Source of the DNA: an uncultured Gammaproteobacteria bacterium
GTDB lineage: Bacteria > Patescibacteriota > Microgenomatia > Daviesbacterales > UBA10151
Length of the DNA: 64,000 bases
Reading direction: 5' to 3'
NCBI GenBank assembly: GCA_964406775.1
Contig: CAYOSW010000004.1
Span: 7,392-71,391 of the forward strand
The notes beneath the pieces were generated by a model that saw nothing but the letters and a program-made list of their open reading frames with translations, was not told where the DNA came from and ran no database searches. Positions 29,665-37,923 of the stretch are shown piece after piece (position 1 is the stretch's first letter; the number at the start of each line of letters is the position of its first letter). Both the position numbers and the translations under genes were made by a program.

Positions 29665-29674
29665 AAAATTTAGA

Positions 29675-30562
29675 TTATTCCTTGATACTTTTTATTTTTT
29701 TCTCTAACTCTTCTAACTGTTTCAACGCTTCTTTTGCTTGTTCTCCTTTTGCAGGAGCTCCTTCAATGTCCATCCCGTCCGGTGGTGCACCGTGCCATTC
29801 ATATCTATTTTCCATATAGGAAACTCCTTTTCCGGGGATTGTGTTAGCAATAATCATTGTCGGTTTATCGTATATAACTTTGGCATCCTCGCAGGCATTA
29901 ATTATTTCATCAAAACTGTGACCGTTAATTTCAATTACATTCCAATTAAACGCCCGGTATTTATCGGCAACCGGATCAAGCTTCATAATATCCTCCGTGT
30001 GCCCGTCAATCTGCATATTATTGCGGTCCATTATCACTGTCAGATTTCCCAATTTATAATTGGCGGCAAACATAATTGCTTCCCAGGTATTACCTTCCTG
30101 ATGTTCGCCGTCCGAAGTCACGCAGTAAACACGCCAGGGCTTCTTATCCCGAATCCCGACTAAAGCCATCCCCGCAGCTTGGGATAAACCTGAGCCCAAC
30201 GGACCGGAAGTTGTTTCAAGGCCCGGCAGAGCCTCTCTGTGCGGATGACCCTGCAAGCGGGTTCCAAGTTTGCGCAAAGTCTTCAGCTCATCAACCGGAA
30301 AAAATCCCCTGCGCGCCATAGCCGAATACATAACAGGGCAAATATGTCCGCAGGATAAAACAAACCTATCCCTCTCATCCCAACCGGGTTTTTCCGGATT
30401 TATATTTAAAATTTTGAAGAAAAGAGCGGTAAAAACATCAGCCATCCCCAGAGGTCCGCCTGAATGACCCGAGCCGGCTTCAACCAGCATCTTAATAATA
30501 TCCCGGCGGATTTCATTTGCCTGAAGTTCCAAATCCTTGAATTCGTGCGGGGACAGCTGCAT
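29675..30562 (-). CDS. Transketolase, N-terminal subunit (TPP-binding)
   Basis: The GHSGGPLGMADVF TPP-binding motif. 295 aa. Confidence 0.85.
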   Translation of the reverse strand: MQLSPHEFKDLELQANEIRRDIIKMLVEAGSGHSGGPLGMADVFTALFFKILNINPEKPGWDERDRFVLSCGHICPVMYSAMARRGFFPVDELKTLRKLGTRLQGHPHREALPGLETTSGPLGSGLSQAAGMALVGIRDKKPWRVYCVTSDGEHQEGNTWEAIMFAANYKLGNLTVIMDRNNMQIDGHTEDIMKLDPVADKYRAFNWNVIEINGHSFDEIINACEDAKVIYDKPTMIIANTIPGKGVSYMENRYEWHGAPPDGMDIEGAPAKGEQAKEALKQLEELEKKIKSIKE

Positions 30563-30598
30563 AAATTTAGTGTATCACGTAGTGAAAAAGTTACAAAG

Positions 30599-31270
30599 CT
30601 ATATCGAAAAACCGTCAGTGGAAACCTTGAGATGGCCGTCGTGGTCACCGTGATCAATCTCGCACTCAAAGTCGTATATAGCCTGTAAAACATCTTCCGG
30701 ATTATCTACAATCTTATAGACCTTGAGCTCCTCGGGCCGCATTAACATATTTTCTTTGAAAACTTCGATAATCTTATGCCAAAACTTGCCGTATAAAATT
30801 AACGGCTTGTGATGACCGAAATAAAGACGGGCCAATCCCCAAGCCATACCGAACTCCGAAATCGTTCCGGTCCCGCCTTTAAAAATCACATAAATCTGAC
30901 CCTGCTTCATCAGGGTTAAGGTTCTTTCAACATAGGTGTTAGTTTTAATTTCCTTATCGAGTAAGTTTTTGGGGTCTTTGCCCTCGAAGTTTTTCATATC
31001 CTTAGGATATAAAGTTACGCCTATGACTTTTCCCCCGCCTTCTTTTGCCCCGAGGGAGGCTGCCAGCATTACTCCGGGACCTCCGCCGTCAACAACCGTA
31101 TAACCGGCTTCAGCTAATCTTTTTGAAACTTTGAAAACATCGCGGAATAAATCATCTTTATTATCCGTGTTAGCGTGGCCGAAGATGGCTATGTTTTTAA
31201 TTCTTTCGGCACGCAATTCACACTTTCTGCGTGCTTTAAATAATCTCCCAAATTTTTTCAACATTTTCAT
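30599..31270 (-). CDS. LOG-family / TIGR00730 Rossmann-fold nucleotide-binding protein (cytokinin riboside 5'-monophosphate phosphoribohydrolase-like)
   Basis: VVDGGGPGVMLAASLGAKEGGGKVIGV is the LOG GGGxGxM core. It carries a C-terminal His/Asp-rich tail (HGDHDGH). Confidence 0.65.
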   Translation of the reverse strand: MKMLKKFGRLFKARRKCELRAERIKNIAIFGHANTDNKDDLFRDVFKVSKRLAEAGYTVVDGGGPGVMLAASLGAKEGGGKVIGVTLYPKDMKNFEGKDPKNLLDKEIKTNTYVERTLTLMKQGQIYVIFKGGTGTISEFGMAWGLARLYFGHHKPLILYGKFWHKIIEVFKENMLMRPEELKVYKIVDNPEDVLQAIYDFECEIDHGDHDGHLKVSTDGFSI

Positions 31271-31874
31271 CTAAATCCCCGTTTAAAAGAAAAGATCCGA
31301 TAACCAGTTGATCAACTCCCGCTTCAACTAAATCTTTTGCGTTTGTATCCCTTACCGACCCATCAACGGAAATGTTTACATTCCAGTCTTTGGATTTTAA
31401 TTTCTTAACTCTATCTATTGTAGCAGGAATAAAGGGCTGACCCTGAAAACCGGGAATTATACCCATAACCAGAATCTGATCAATCTTATCTTTAAAAGGC
31501 TCAAGCGCTTCAAGAGCTGTCGTATCATTGATGGCAATTCCGGCTTCCATACCTGCATCTTTTACCGCATCGATCACCTCATTCATCTCATCTTTACACT
31601 CAAAATGAAAAATAACTCTATCAAAGCCTGCGTCTTTTAACTTTTTAACCCACTCCAAAGGATGGGAAACCATCAAATGAGCTTCCTTTTTGAGATTTAT
31701 CTCCACTTTTCCGACCTCCTCGGGACTAATAGTTTCGTTCGGGACAAAGTCGTTATCGGCAAAATCTATATGCACCCAGCCTTCCTGAAAGGAATGCGAA
31801 TTTTTAAGTCTTTCAATATGGGTTTTAAATTCCCCGATTGTTTTATCGAGGATTGCCGGAACTATCAGGATCAT
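31236..31874 (-). CDS. rpe: Ribulose-phosphate 3-epimerase
   Basis: ILIVPAILDK...VHIDFADNDFVPN...HLMV are the conserved Rpe segments. ATGA overlap with rpiB. Confidence 0.85.
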   Translation of the reverse strand: MILIVPAILDKTIGEFKTHIERLKNSHSFQEGWVHIDFADNDFVPNETISPEEVGKVEINLKKEAHLMVSHPLEWVKKLKDAGFDRVIFHFECKDEMNEVIDAVKDAGMEAGIAINDTTALEALEPFKDKIDQILVMGIIPGFQGQPFIPATIDRVKKLKSKDWNVNISVDGSVRDTNAKDLVEAGVDQLVIGSFLLNGDLDENVEKIWEII

Positions 31875-32386
31875 TTGTATAAATTTTCTTCAATTTTCTT
31901 AATCTTTTCAATCCTTCTTTCGTGTCTCTCATCTCCGGAATATCTAGAGTCCAGAAACAGCTTCACTGCGCGGGCTGCATCCTCCTCCGATAAAAACCTT
32001 GCACCCAAAGAAAGCATATTGGAATTGTTGTGCTCCCGGGTTAATCTGAGCATTTCAAAAGGATCATCGCTCGTTGTACCGGTAATATCGGTTGCGACCG
32101 GCGGAATCATCGGACCATAAAAGAGTGCGCATCTGACATTTTTAAACTTATTCGCAACTATTGCCTCCCCCTGACCTGATCCTCCGAAGACGATTCCGAA
32201 ACTTTCCGGGTTTTCCGAAACCTTGGCTGCCGCTTTTGAGATTAAATCAGGATAATCGTCGTTCTTATCAAATTCGAGGGCTCCGCAATCCTCAACGTCG
32301 TGTCCCTCGCTCCTTAAAAAATCAGCGATTTTATTTTTCAACTCAAAGCCTGCGTGATCAGTTCCGAGATAAATCTTCATACGCAT
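31871..32386 (-). CDS. rpiB: Ribose-5-phosphate isomerase B
   Basis: MRMKIYLGTDHAGFELKNKIADFLRSEGHDVEDCGA is the RpiB N-terminus. The ORF-track start at 32479 is probably an upstream in-frame extension, with the likely true start at the MRMK Met. Roughly 25-30 aa C-terminal extension. Confidence 0.8.
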   Translation of the reverse strand: MRMKIYLGTDHAGFELKNKIADFLRSEGHDVEDCGALEFDKNDDYPDLISKAAAKVSENPESFGIVFGGSGQGEAIVANKFKNVRCALFYGPMIPPVATDITGTTSDDPFEMLRLTREHNNSNMLSLGARFLSEEDAARAVKLFLDSRYSGDERHERRIEKIKKIEENLYK

Positions 32387-32594
32387 AGCGTATAGTTTAC
32401 AGCTTTGGAAATCAAGGGATGAACTACTTTGATCCAGTTGAAGAAAGCCTGAATTTTTGCTTATAATGATGATGCTCAAACTAAAAAGTGGGTTTTCGAG
32501 AATACCGGCTACGTGCCGGTTTTTTCGTGATTTATACTCATTAATTAATAACCTATAGTTTGATATTCTCTCTCGCCCTTGTTATAATTTCCGG

Positions 32595-33557
32595 ATGGCT
32601 GTTGCAGGCGTAGAGACCGAATATCATTTTAATACTCACGATGCGCTTAGAAAACTTTTGAGAGGTGTTTCACCTACTACAGTGTTTGTCCATCCTATTT
32701 TTCCAGATAAATTGCCCTGCCTCTCAGAAGAAGATCTCAAAGTCGGTCGCCTCAGTAAGAATGCTGATATTAAAAAAGCTATGGTTGGAGTTTTGCAAAG
32801 TGCGGCCTCAGCAGATATCGCCCACGCTTTTTTGCACACCTCAATACCGGCTTCAAGTCAAAGAGGAAGATACTCTCCTGGCATAAAAGCAACTGTAAAT
32901 TTAATTGATGCTTGCATATTCCCACAGTTTGAAGAAACTGTTCGGCCTGCTTTTTATGGAGTTTTAGATGCTTATCATTCAGGCTCCATACAGGCACCTC
33001 TCCTTGACCGTTTGATAGCAATTTACGGACCTCTCCTTGAACCGGCTCCTTCTGTAACAAGAATGGAGGTTGGTGCTAAATTCAGCAGAAACCGCAAAAC
33101 TTTGGATCTTTATACGAAGGATTACACACACATTCTTGCAGATTTGTTTGAAATCGAAAGCAAGAAGAGACCAGATGTATCAGAGTTATCAGATCTAATA
33201 GAGCACTCGACTTCAATTATAGGTGCGATGGCAGTTCGTAGTACCCAATTCTTATTGACTGCGTCTTTTGTCTTAACAGGCGATACAAGACCAACCGTCA
33301 ACCCATATAATCCAACCAATTTTCAGTTAACTCGCCGTCCCGACGGTAAACTTTCCGGCAAAATCCGCAGAAATGTCCGGGAAAAATTTGAGTCTGAATA
33401 TCCGAACACCTTAAGATTGGCTCCTCGAGATGAACCCTTTCTCGTCACAGGCTGTCCTGCAGCCTCCGACTTGATTGAGCTTGTACTTCAACGATATGCA
33501 CAAGCTGTACGAAATAATGCCGAGGGCAACTACAACACCTACAAAACAGTAGAATGA
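32595..33557 (+). CDS. Hypothetical protein (320 aa, no recognizable domain)
   Basis: Long ORF with no TM segments. An extended -10 (TGTTATAAT, 32580-32588) ends only 6 nt before the ATG, so it is a candidate leaderless mRNA. Confidence 0.5.
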   Translation: MAVAGVETEYHFNTHDALRKLLRGVSPTTVFVHPIFPDKLPCLSEEDLKVGRLSKNADIKKAMVGVLQSAASADIAHAFLHTSIPASSQRGRYSPGIKATVNLIDACIFPQFEETVRPAFYGVLDAYHSGSIQAPLLDRLIAIYGPLLEPAPSVTRMEVGAKFSRNRKTLDLYTKDYTHILADLFEIESKKRPDVSELSDLIEHSTSIIGAMAVRSTQFLLTASFVLTGDTRPTVNPYNPTNFQLTRRPDGKLSGKIRRNVREKFESEYPNTLRLAPRDEPFLVTGCPAASDLIELVLQRYAQAVRNNAEGNYNTYKTVE

Positions 33558-33618
33558 TTGCCCTGAATATCTACTGGACATTTTAATTCAAACGTTCTAG
33601 TATGGGGTTTCTTCGGTT

Positions 33619-35034
33619 TTGCATATGGACTTGCCCAAGAATCTCACTTTTGTTGATATTGAAACCACAGGTGGCTCGGTAACCGCCGACCGGATTATTG
33701 AAATCGGAATTTTAAAAGTCCGCGACAATAAACTTGAAAAAACTTACCAGACTTTTTTAAATCCCGACCGTCCGCTTCCGGGAGAAATCCAACTTTTAAC
33801 CGGGATTAACCCTTCGGATTTAGAAAAAGCTCCTTCTTTTTTTGATATTAAAGACGATCTGCAGGAGTATTTTAATGAATCGGTGTTTGTGGCGCATAAC
33901 GCCAGGTTTGATTACGGATTTTTAAAGCAGGAATTTTTGCGTTACGGGGTAAAATTTACTCCCCGCCAGCTTTGCACAGTAAAGCTTTCAAGATTACTTT
34001 TCCCCGAGCACAGACACCATAATTTAGACAGCATTATTGAGAGATTCCGGTTTGATATCCAAAACCGTCACCGGGCTTTTTCGGACGCCAAAATTCTGTG
34101 GGATTTTTATCAGGAAATTCAAAATCTTTTTCCGCCGGAAAAATTAGTTCAAACTGTGAGCCATATCTTAAAAAAGCCCAACACTCCGCCGGGCTTAAAA
34201 ACTTTCGACCTCTCCCATCTTCCCGAATCGCCGGGAGTTTATATTTTTTACGGAAAATCCGGTGTTCCTCTTTACGTAGGAAAATCGAAAAATATCCGAG
34301 AGCGGGTTTTTAATCATTTTTCATTGAGTGCCGGCAATTCGCTGGAGATGAAAATCTATAATCAGGTAGAGAGTGTTGAGTTCGTCGAAACAGCCGGAGA
34401 GCTTGGCGCATTTCTAAAAGAATCGGAAATGATAAAAAAGTTAATGCCTCTATATAACCGTATGCTGCGGAATAAGGAGAAACTCACAGTTGCCAGGAAA
34501 GATTTAATTGACGGAATTTTTACAATAAAGCTTGAGGAAAGTGATTTCATAGGTTCTGATTCACTCAGCGAAATTATGGGAGTTTTTAAAAATAAAAGGA
34601 CAGCCCGAGAAAATTTAGTGGCTCTTGCTAAAGAATTTAATCTTTGCGACAGATTTTTGGATTTGGAAAAAACAAAAAGTTCCTGCTTTAATTACCGCCT
34701 GGGTAAATGTTCCGGTATATGCGCAGGGAAAGAGAATACAGCTAAATATAATCTGAGATTTATTGAGGCTTTTATAAGTTCCAAAATAAAATCCTGGCCC
34801 TATAAGGGGCCTATTATAATAAAGGAAGTGAGTGAAAACTCCGGTAAAGAGGAACAATTCTTGGCGGATAATTGGTGCATTATTCAAAAACACGAAGGCG
34901 ACAACGATATCATAAAAGATCTGGAGTTTGACCTCGATGCATATAAAATTTTAAAAAGATTCCTCTTTAAAAATCCCAACCAAATAGTACTAAAAAATTA
35001 CGGGGAGGCCGTTTTTTCACCCGACCTCCCCTGA
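33619..35034 (+). CDS. DnaQ-like 3'-5' exonuclease fused to GIY-YIG nuclease (Cho / UvrC-homolog-like)
   Basis: N-terminus FVDIETTG...VAHNARFDYGFL carries the DEDDh exo I/II motifs. The mid-region GVYIFYGKSGVPLYVGKSKNIRERVFNHF is the GIY-YIG motif. The architecture matches mycobacterial Cho. Confidence 0.7.
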   Translation: MHMDLPKNLTFVDIETTGGSVTADRIIEIGILKVRDNKLEKTYQTFLNPDRPLPGEIQLLTGINPSDLEKAPSFFDIKDDLQEYFNESVFVAHNARFDYGFLKQEFLRYGVKFTPRQLCTVKLSRLLFPEHRHHNLDSIIERFRFDIQNRHRAFSDAKILWDFYQEIQNLFPPEKLVQTVSHILKKPNTPPGLKTFDLSHLPESPGVYIFYGKSGVPLYVGKSKNIRERVFNHFSLSAGNSLEMKIYNQVESVEFVETAGELGAFLKESEMIKKLMPLYNRMLRNKEKLTVARKDLIDGIFTIKLEESDFIGSDSLSEIMGVFKNKRTARENLVALAKEFNLCDRFLDLEKTKSSCFNYRLGKCSGICAGKENTAKYNLRFIEAFISSKIKSWPYKGPIIIKEVSENSGKEEQFLADNWCIIQKHEGDNDIIKDLEFDLDAYKILKRFLFKNPNQIVLKNYGEAVFSPDLP

Positions 35035-35042
35035 AGTACATC

Positions 35043-35354
35043 TCATTTTAATCTCCTTCTTACTGCTTTAAGCAGCTGGGGGTTTACGTAAACTCCCCTT
35101 TTTTCAAAATCCTGATATGCCCAGCCTAAAACGTCTTTGGCATATTTCTGATCATTTGTTGCCAAAGTATGAGCAAATCCAGACAATTCTCTAAGCAATC
35201 CGGATTGTCCGACTATCTTGGCAAGTCTCGCCCTATCGTGAGGCCTGTCGATGCTCGCCATAGCCATCCGCATTGAAGTTTCGGTTACAGCTGTTTTCCA
35301 ATGTTCCGTGGATACAAACGCGACATCCTGTCTTCTTTGTTGTTCAACTACCAT
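35043..35354 (-). CDS. Hypothetical protein (103 aa), co-operonic with the ATP-grasp ligase
   Basis: A strong SD (AAAGGAGGTG) lies 6 nt upstream of the ATG. It is 2 nt downstream of the ATP-grasp stop. Basic C-terminus, no known motif. Confidence 0.45.
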   Translation of the reverse strand: MVVEQQRRQDVAFVSTEHWKTAVTETSMRMAMASIDRPHDRARLAKIVGQSGLLRELSGFAHTLATNDQKYAKDVLGWAYQDFEKRGVYVNPQLLKAVRRRLK

Positions 35355-35356
35355 TA

Positions 35357-36328
35357 TTATTCACCTCCTTTCAAAACTTTTTTGTATTCCTCAATAAAAA
35401 AATCGGCCAGCATTCCCCAACCGTCAATCCCGTACTCCTGCTTGAAAGAAGAGCGTAAAATCGAAAGGGCGTTAATGTCATAAACGAACCAATCTCCTTT
35501 TTGATCAACCAAATATTCAACACCTCCGCATTCCAGTCCGGCTTTTTGCACTGTTTTTTCTATGGCTTTTACAATTCCAGAAGGAATATCCCGAAAAAGT
35601 TCAAAGCGGACTGAGTCTCCGGGATTTGCAACACAATACCCGATTTCATTTTTCGCTTCGCCTCTCTCTATATCACAGGAGTCCGAAGGACATAAATTAA
35701 AAGTTCCCGGGGTAAAAACTTTCATCGCATAAATAACTTTTCCGTTAATAGTTTCTACCCTGATGATGTTATTTTCTTTCGGCTGTATAAATTCTTGAAG
35801 AATCAATAAATTATCAGTAGGCATAATTAAAGATTTGTCACCAATCGCATCAGCAAGAGACCGCTTTGACGTAAATTTTTGAATCCCCACCCCCGAACCT
35901 CCCAAATTAGGTTTGATGACTACCGGGAAAGTAAGTGAATCGATATTTTTTAGAATCCCGGATAATGAATTAACTATCACCGACTTTGGCTGAGGAATAC
36001 CCCAACTCCTTAGTAGCGACAACTGAAATGCCTTGTTTGTCTCAAGAATGACTGCCCTGGAACCGTTTATCACTCTTTTTCCTAAAGATTCCAAATATAG
36101 GATGTAATTTAATGTGAATGAGAAAGCCGATGAGTGATTACGGTTTCCCGCACTTGGACTTAAACGGTTTACAAAAAAAGGATATTTTATACCTGAAGTT
36201 GCATCGTATGCGGATGATGAGATATCCATCCTTTCATAGGAAATGTTTCTTCCGGAAAATTCCTGATATAGGGCGTCCAGCCAGAATGGATGTTCGTCTA
36301 AAATAATAATCGGTTGTTTATTGCTCAT
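35357..36328 (-). CDS. ATP-grasp ligase (RimK/LysX-like fold)
   Basis: VVIKPNLGGSGVGIQKF is the RimK-type P-loop-like segment. C-terminal GGVEYLVDQKGDWFVYDINALS is the Mg/ATP-binding region. SD GAGGAT upstream of the ATG. Confidence 0.7.
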   Translation of the reverse strand: MSNKQPIIILDEHPFWLDALYQEFSGRNISYERMDISSSAYDATSGIKYPFFVNRLSPSAGNRNHSSAFSFTLNYILYLESLGKRVINGSRAVILETNKAFQLSLLRSWGIPQPKSVIVNSLSGILKNIDSLTFPVVIKPNLGGSGVGIQKFTSKRSLADAIGDKSLIMPTDNLLILQEFIQPKENNIIRVETINGKVIYAMKVFTPGTFNLCPSDSCDIERGEAKNEIGYCVANPGDSVRFELFRDIPSGIVKAIEKTVQKAGLECGGVEYLVDQKGDWFVYDINALSILRSSFKQEYGIDGWGMLADFFIEEYKKVLKGGE

Positions 36329-36355
36329 TTTTTATCCTCACAAAATTTGGCCACT

Positions 36356-36600
36356 AAAAAAGCCCTTGCTTGCTTACTAGTTTCCTAATAAACAAACAAG
36401 GGCCTTCAAAAGGCGGTTCCACCTTGCTTCATCCGTTACCGGATCTCATTCCCTGACTCCTCCTCGCTGTGCTCTGAGTAAACTTTAAAGTCCACATCGA
36501 ACGAAGTGAGATGACATCAGTTTGTAATATTTTACAGTTTTACTTCTGTAATCCATTTTTGGATTCAGCTCCCGGATCGCAACTCCAGTCAAACGCTTGT
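36356..36600 (-). promoter_or_regulatory. T-box riboswitch leader (promoter, Stem III, T-box antiterminator, intrinsic terminator) upstream of the ATP-grasp operon
   Basis: On the minus strand, TTGACA (-35) is followed 17 nt later by ATATAA (-10). Stem III hairpin AUCCG-GUAA-CGGAU. T-box core GCAAGGUGGAACCGCC (plus-strand coordinates 36412-36427) matches the consensus AGGGUGGNACCGCG. Antiterminator: A1 CAAGG/CCUUG, 7-nt bulge UGGAACC, A2 GCC-UUUUGAA-GGC. Competing terminator: a 19-bp stem (three G-U wobbles) with GAAA loop and U6, plus-strand coordinates 36356-36404. Confidence 0.7.
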
Positions 36601-36719
36601 AAGTGTTTTATATCAAACTTTAGGCTCGGATGTCAACTATCCCTATTTTTTGAATGCTGATAGAAAACTCCACATCGTAATTATTTGGAATATACATAAT
36701 TTGCAGTAAAATACCGAAT

Positions 36720-36923
36720 ATGAACGAGATAGTAAAAAATTATGTGCAGAACTTCAGGACTGCCAGAAAAATGACTCAAGAAGATCTTGCACGGACCATA
36801 GGAGTAACTAGACAAACAATTATCGCAATTGAAAAGGGTAACTACACACCATCAGTCTTGTTAGCGTTAAAAATTGCCAAGTTCTTTAAGTCTTCTGTTG
36901 AAAAAATATTTAGATTAGAATAG
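36720..36923 (+). CDS. XRE-family helix-turn-helix transcriptional regulator
   Basis: 67 aa. MTQEDLARTIGVTRQTIIAIEKGNYTPSVLLALKIAKFF is a canonical Cro/C1 HTH. Confidence 0.85.
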   Translation: MNEIVKNYVQNFRTARKMTQEDLARTIGVTRQTIIAIEKGNYTPSVLLALKIAKFFKSSVEKIFRLE

Positions 36924-36930
36924 ACATACT

Positions 36931-37284
36931 ATGCTCACTGAAACATTAACACTAATAATTATTTTCATTATTGCAATTATTTTTTTGAATCCGGGCCATC
37001 TGGCAATGCCTGATACAATCAATTCAATTTTAATATTCGGGTTTATTTTAGCGTTCCTAATCTTTGCTGCATTCATTATTCGCGAAAAATCATCCGACGA
37101 GAGAGAGTCTTTACATATACTAAAAGCCGGCCGGCTATCCTACTTAACGGGGGTGGGGGTATTAGTTTTGGGAATAATTTTCCAGGCACTTAAACACGAG
37201 GTAGATCCCTGGTTAGTCTTGGCAATATGTGCTATGACCCTATCAAAGATAATCTCTAGAATATATTCAAGATTCAAACTCTGA
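36931..37284 (+). CDS. Small polytopic membrane protein, conserved partner of XRE-type regulators (DUF2178-like arrangement)
   Basis: 117 aa with 3-4 TM helices. Starts 8 nt after the HTH gene stop. Confidence 0.45.
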   Translation: MLTETLTLIIIFIIAIIFLNPGHLAMPDTINSILIFGFILAFLIFAAFIIREKSSDERESLHILKAGRLSYLTGVGVLVLGIIFQALKHEVDPWLVLAICAMTLSKIISRIYSRFKL

Positions 37285-37364
37285 GTCATTTTAGCCTTAG
37301 GATGTAAAGCGTACTTGACATTATGTTTCCAGCGGGGCTAGAATAATTTCAAGGGGGTGAGTTT

Positions 37365-37919
37365 ATGAAATATGCAAGCATAGGAATTGTTGTTTTAGTT
37401 ATTTTAGCGATCGGAGGATTCTATCTTTACTTTCAAAATCAAACAGCTTCCGACTCTATGATGAAGCAGGACGAAGTTATGATGGAGCAGTCCGGTGATT
37501 CAATGGAGAAAACAGATTCTATGATGGATAAAGCTTCAGGAACCGATTCCGGAGCTATGATGGGAGATAAGGCATCAGCAGATAATATGATGTCCGGGGG
37601 AGGCTATCAGCCGTTCTCTCAAAGCGCTTTCGACAGCGCCAAAGGTGATAAAAGAGTTTTATTCTTCTTTGCCAACTGGTGTCCGACCTGTAAGCCTATC
37701 GATGCAGAATTGAGTGCAAATGCAGCTAAAATACCCGAAGGAATTGAAATATTCAGAGTTAACTATAATGATACAGACACCGATGCAGCAGATAAGGAAC
37801 TTGCTGCAAAGTATGGTATTACATATCAGCACACGTTTGTTCAAGTTGATGCTTCAGGAGGCGAAATCGCTAAATGGAACGGTGGCGGACTGGACAAGAT
37901 AGTTTCGATGGTTAAATGA
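37365..37919 (+). CDS. Membrane-anchored thioredoxin-like protein with methionine-rich (putative Cu(I)-binding) linker
   Basis: N-terminal TM helix, then a Met-rich low-complexity region (MMKQDEVMMEQSGDSMEKTDSMMDKASGTDSGAMMGDKASADNMMSGG), then a thioredoxin active site FFANWCPTCK. Confidence 0.7.
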   Translation: MKYASIGIVVLVILAIGGFYLYFQNQTASDSMMKQDEVMMEQSGDSMEKTDSMMDKASGTDSGAMMGDKASADNMMSGGGYQPFSQSAFDSAKGDKRVLFFFANWCPTCKPIDAELSANAAKIPEGIEIFRVNYNDTDTDAADKELAAKYGITYQHTFVQVDASGGEIAKWNGGGLDKIVSMVK

Positions 37920-37923
37920 TAGT

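Noticed and set aside
32595-33557. Horizontal acquisition of the unknown 320-aa gene based on apparent GC/codon difference
   Set aside because: A hand count of GC over the first 80 nt (about 42%) is not clearly different from neighbouring genes. The claim needs genome-wide codon statistics and is not made.
36330-36720. A structured non-coding RNA gene (SRP RNA domain-IV-like GUCAGG...GNRA...AGCA motif, tmRNA or RNase P RNA) in the 390-bp gap upstream of the ATP-grasp gene
   Set aside because: The GNRA hairpin, the following GGUGGAACCGC element and the U-tailed hairpin are better explained as Stem III, the T-box antiterminator and the terminator of a T-box leader on the minus strand. No tRNA-like 3' end (CCACCA), RNase P P4 sequences or SRP closing helix could be formed.
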